A DNA stretch of 64,000 nucleotides from Zootoca vivipara (Eukaryota), in the NCBI RefSeq assembly GCF_963506605.1, contig NC_083279.1, forward strand, positions 43,152,001 through 43,216,000, given 5' to 3'. The position numbers and the translations under genes are program-made. Positions 60,951 through 64,000 of the stretch are shown piece after piece (the stretch's first letter is position 1; every line of letters starts with the position of its first letter). The notes beneath the pieces are model-generated. The model was given only the letters and a program-made list of their open reading frames with translations, had not been told where the DNA came from and made no database searches.

Positions 60951-61498
60951 GGGAATTATTATTTGGAATTATTACGGTATTATAGACAGTAGTTTTTTGA
61001 ACCTGCTCCTTAAAATTACTGTCCATTTCAAAAAATGTTTGCCATCAGGCGTGCTCTTCAAGCAAACAGTAAGCTTAAAACTCTCTTTGGGTTGCTGATC
61101 AGGCCTCACAGCTAAAAAAAAATTCTGACCGAAGCATTTATTTTTGTGGCAGAAGGGTATTTGTGAAGTTGAAAACAACAAGAAGAGGTTTTTCAAAAAT
61201 GTATGGTTTGCATTAACAAAAGCATCCGTTCTGAATTTCCTGAAACAAGGCACTTCAACCCTACACATTTTTTATATATATGCTGGTTTTTCCTTGGTTT
61301 CATTGTAAATCATATAATAATGTTATAAGCTAAGCAAGCAGGACTTTCTTCCTCCCTCCCCCCAAAAAACATCAACCACCACCCTGTGGATAGAAAGTAT
61401 AGCTGTTTCACAGGTAATCAATGATTGCTTATTTTGTTTTGTGTATTTTAAAGAAGGGATTCAAACTAAGTATGTAAAAGAAAGTCAATTTTACAAAC

Positions 61499-61609
61499 CT
61501 GTGCAATATCGATTTGGGAGAATATCCTTTTGGTGGCATCCTTACCCCGGTTCCGTTTTTTCATTTCATCCAAACTAATCTCATGGCTTGTCAACTCTGA
61601 TTGAATTTT
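61499..61609 (-). CDS. DMD: Dystrophin exon 31 orthologue (111 nt, phase 0/0)
   Basis: Translates KIQSELTSHEISLDEMKKRNRGKDATKRIFSQIDIAQ (human KIQSDLTSHEISLEEMKKHNQGKEAAQRVLSQIDVAQ); CAG acceptor, GTTTGT donor. Confidence 0.97.
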
Positions 61610-64000
61610 CTGTTTGGCGGAAAAAAAAGATGTGTTTAAAATCAAAGTAGATTATTTTGACAGGGAAATATATAAGATCCAGGCTCTGGAATAAATCATA
61701 TGAAATTACTAAGATTGTGACACTGTCTTGTGCTCCACTTGGTATACTCTTCTTATTGCTTGAAAATGATAGTAACTTTTATGCCCATTTGGACATAAAA
61801 CAAAAAAATATAACTTGGTTCCATATTTTGAAGAAAAGAACAATTTAATTGCATTGTAGGTACATAATAAAGGCTTCTTCATCTGTGTTACAATTCTCAT
61901 CCCTACAAAAATGAAATATAACTATAGAAACAATTAAATGTGAAAAAAATGGGGGTTTATAGTAGAAGAAGTGGTTTTCAAAAAATAGTTTTTTAAAAAA
62001 GCACGATAAACACACACCACTCTGAAGCAAGTATATAAAAGGTAAAAATCTCAGTGATTTTTCCAGCAACTATTTCTGTCTGTTATTTCCAATAAGAACC
62101 AGCGATTGGTGAAATTGCTCCAATGCAAATTTTAACACCTCATGATAGAGTAGGCTCATAAGAAGAAACCAAGTGTCTTGCACAATACTGACCAATGCAA
62201 TGCCACACAATACAATTCATATCCTACACACTGAGATGAGCTAATTTAGACCAATTCAAACCAATTTATGTGGAATTTGTTGGAAATGAATATCTGCTAG
62301 TGGATGAACTGCTAAACAATTACCAGAGAGAACAGCTATACCAGGAAATATCTGGCAGCTTTCTTTCTCATCAAGATGAATATTAGGGACCATTACTGCA
62401 AAATGTGGGAAGAAAATCTGTCAGAAGGTTTTATCTAGACCACATTTTAATCAAATCAGCAATTCTCTCTCTCTATTCCCTGGAAGTACAAGGCTAAAGC
62501 TGGCTATATCTTCTGTCTAAGAACATAAAGTCTGTAATTCCATTAACGTTACAAATAGTAGTTTTGTTAACTGAAAATGAACAGATGTGGTAAAAGCTAG
62601 AAACTGTAAGAATTTTGGCTTTTTCCTCATATGCTCATTTACTATACAGGCGATTTTATCCACCAGCAGTTAACATGAATGTGGAGGGGAGTCTGACAAG
62701 CACGTGGGGACACTCCCAATCTTGCAGCACACTCTGCCCAGCACTATTTATCGAGATATTTATGGAAGGAGAGGATAGACACACCAAGAAGTTCACATAG
62801 AAGACAACAGTCTCTTTTGCATGTCCCTTTCTTCTCCACCTTGATCTTGGGGTGATGGGGCAGGGTAGAGTCAACGGTTTGATTTAAACATGAAGCTGGA
62901 CATGTAAGAAAAACGTACCCATGCAGTGCTCTATGCGCCTGGTGTCTCATTTAAAACAGGTTGCCTTGCCTGAAGTTGCAGCATTAACACTTTAGAGATC
63001 TATTGCCTAGGTGGACACATTCTGGCATACAGACACACAGATAAATTCTTCTTAGTTTTCTACTCAACATGCTTAAAATGGGGTGGGATATAGTGAAATA
63101 AAGCCCCTATGTGACTCTTCCTCTGCTTTCACTCTTGTCCATGACCAAAATGGGAAATAGAAGATAAAAGGGGTGGGTGTGGGGTTAGAAAAGTAGAAGG
63201 AAGAAAAGTCTCTTCCTTGTACCCTTTTCGGTCAACCCTGGGAGAATATACAGGGTTTGTAATGGAAGGAGAGGGGTGCACACTTCAGGAGGAAGATTTA
63301 GCCCATGTGATTGTCAGTTGACAATTCATACTTGGCATTGTATAATAAAGTATTATAAAGTTTCCAATCAGTCAGTTAATCAGATGCATATGAATTATTA
63401 GCACATACACATATTTTCATGTATGTTCAAAATAAAATAAAGCTTCTAGAAATTGGACAAGTCTAGCTACTGTGATTAAACACAAGCACATTTGGTTTAT
63501 CAGAGATGGACAAAACAAGCCCACAAATGATATGGAATAACCCACCCATTAGAATATTTTATGTATGCATAAGGAAAGATGGAAACTATCTAACATGCTA
63601 CAGAGAAGAGGAGACAGAGAAGAACTTTTTTATTGCTATTGTGGCTGTGATGCATTTACAAAATGTGGTCACAAATAGAAAGAGAATTAACAAAATTTGA
63701 CATTATGCTTCAGGGGGGAAGGACACAAGCATATTGAAAATGGTTCACCAGTTACTGTATATAAAGTTAATTGATTAAAAAAAATATTAGAGGAGGGTCC
63801 AGGTAGAGCACATGCATTACAGGCAAAAAGGTGGTAAAGATGGTTGTATTGCCAGTCAGTGCAGACAATGTTGAGCTGTATGCCAATGTAATACCTGCAG
63901 TTTTCAAGGGATTTGAAGTGGTTTCATGTGGCTGGTTTTATTTCCCCTACCCAATTTATTATTTTGTTTCTTCAGATAAACTGAAAGGTACTTTTTAAGT

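Noticed and set aside
7892-61609. Utrophin (UTRN) or DRP2 instead of dystrophin
   Set aside because: Exon lengths and peptides match dystrophin, including exons 40-41 (R15), which utrophin lacks
61610-64000. DMD exon 30
   Set aside because: No matching peptide in the remaining 2.4 kb; it lies beyond the window, as does exon 44 on the other side

Overview
Eukaryotic genomic DNA from a squamate reptile, most likely a lacertid lizard (inferred from Sauria SINEs, BovB and CR1-tailed tRNA SINEs). The whole window lies inside the dystrophin gene (DMD) on the minus strand. Thirteen coding exons orthologous to human exons 31-43 (rod-domain spectrin repeats) were found with GT-AG boundaries and the human exon lengths as I recall them (111, 174, 156, 171, 180, 129, 171, 123, 138, 153, 183, 195, 173 nt). 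Exons 30 and 44 lie outside the window. The introns are rich in transposons: a Penelope-like remnant, L2, CR1, BovB, Sauria SINEs, hAT and Tc1/Tigger MITEs and probable solo LTRs, several of them nested. There are three assembly gaps. The most interesting unexplained structures are: (1) a 5'-complete 2.1-kb polyadenylated retro-insertion with a CpG promoter-like head, one short coiled-coil/acidic ORF and no RT; (2) a candidate 12-nt in-frame DMD microexon in intron 36; (3) a hairpin plus double CTACTAAC (QKI-type) module after exon 41; (4) a 2.1-kb composite cargo-carrying hAT element; (5) a MITE flanked by an inverted rather than direct duplication. No prokaryote-type system, CRISPR array or functional RNA gene is supported.
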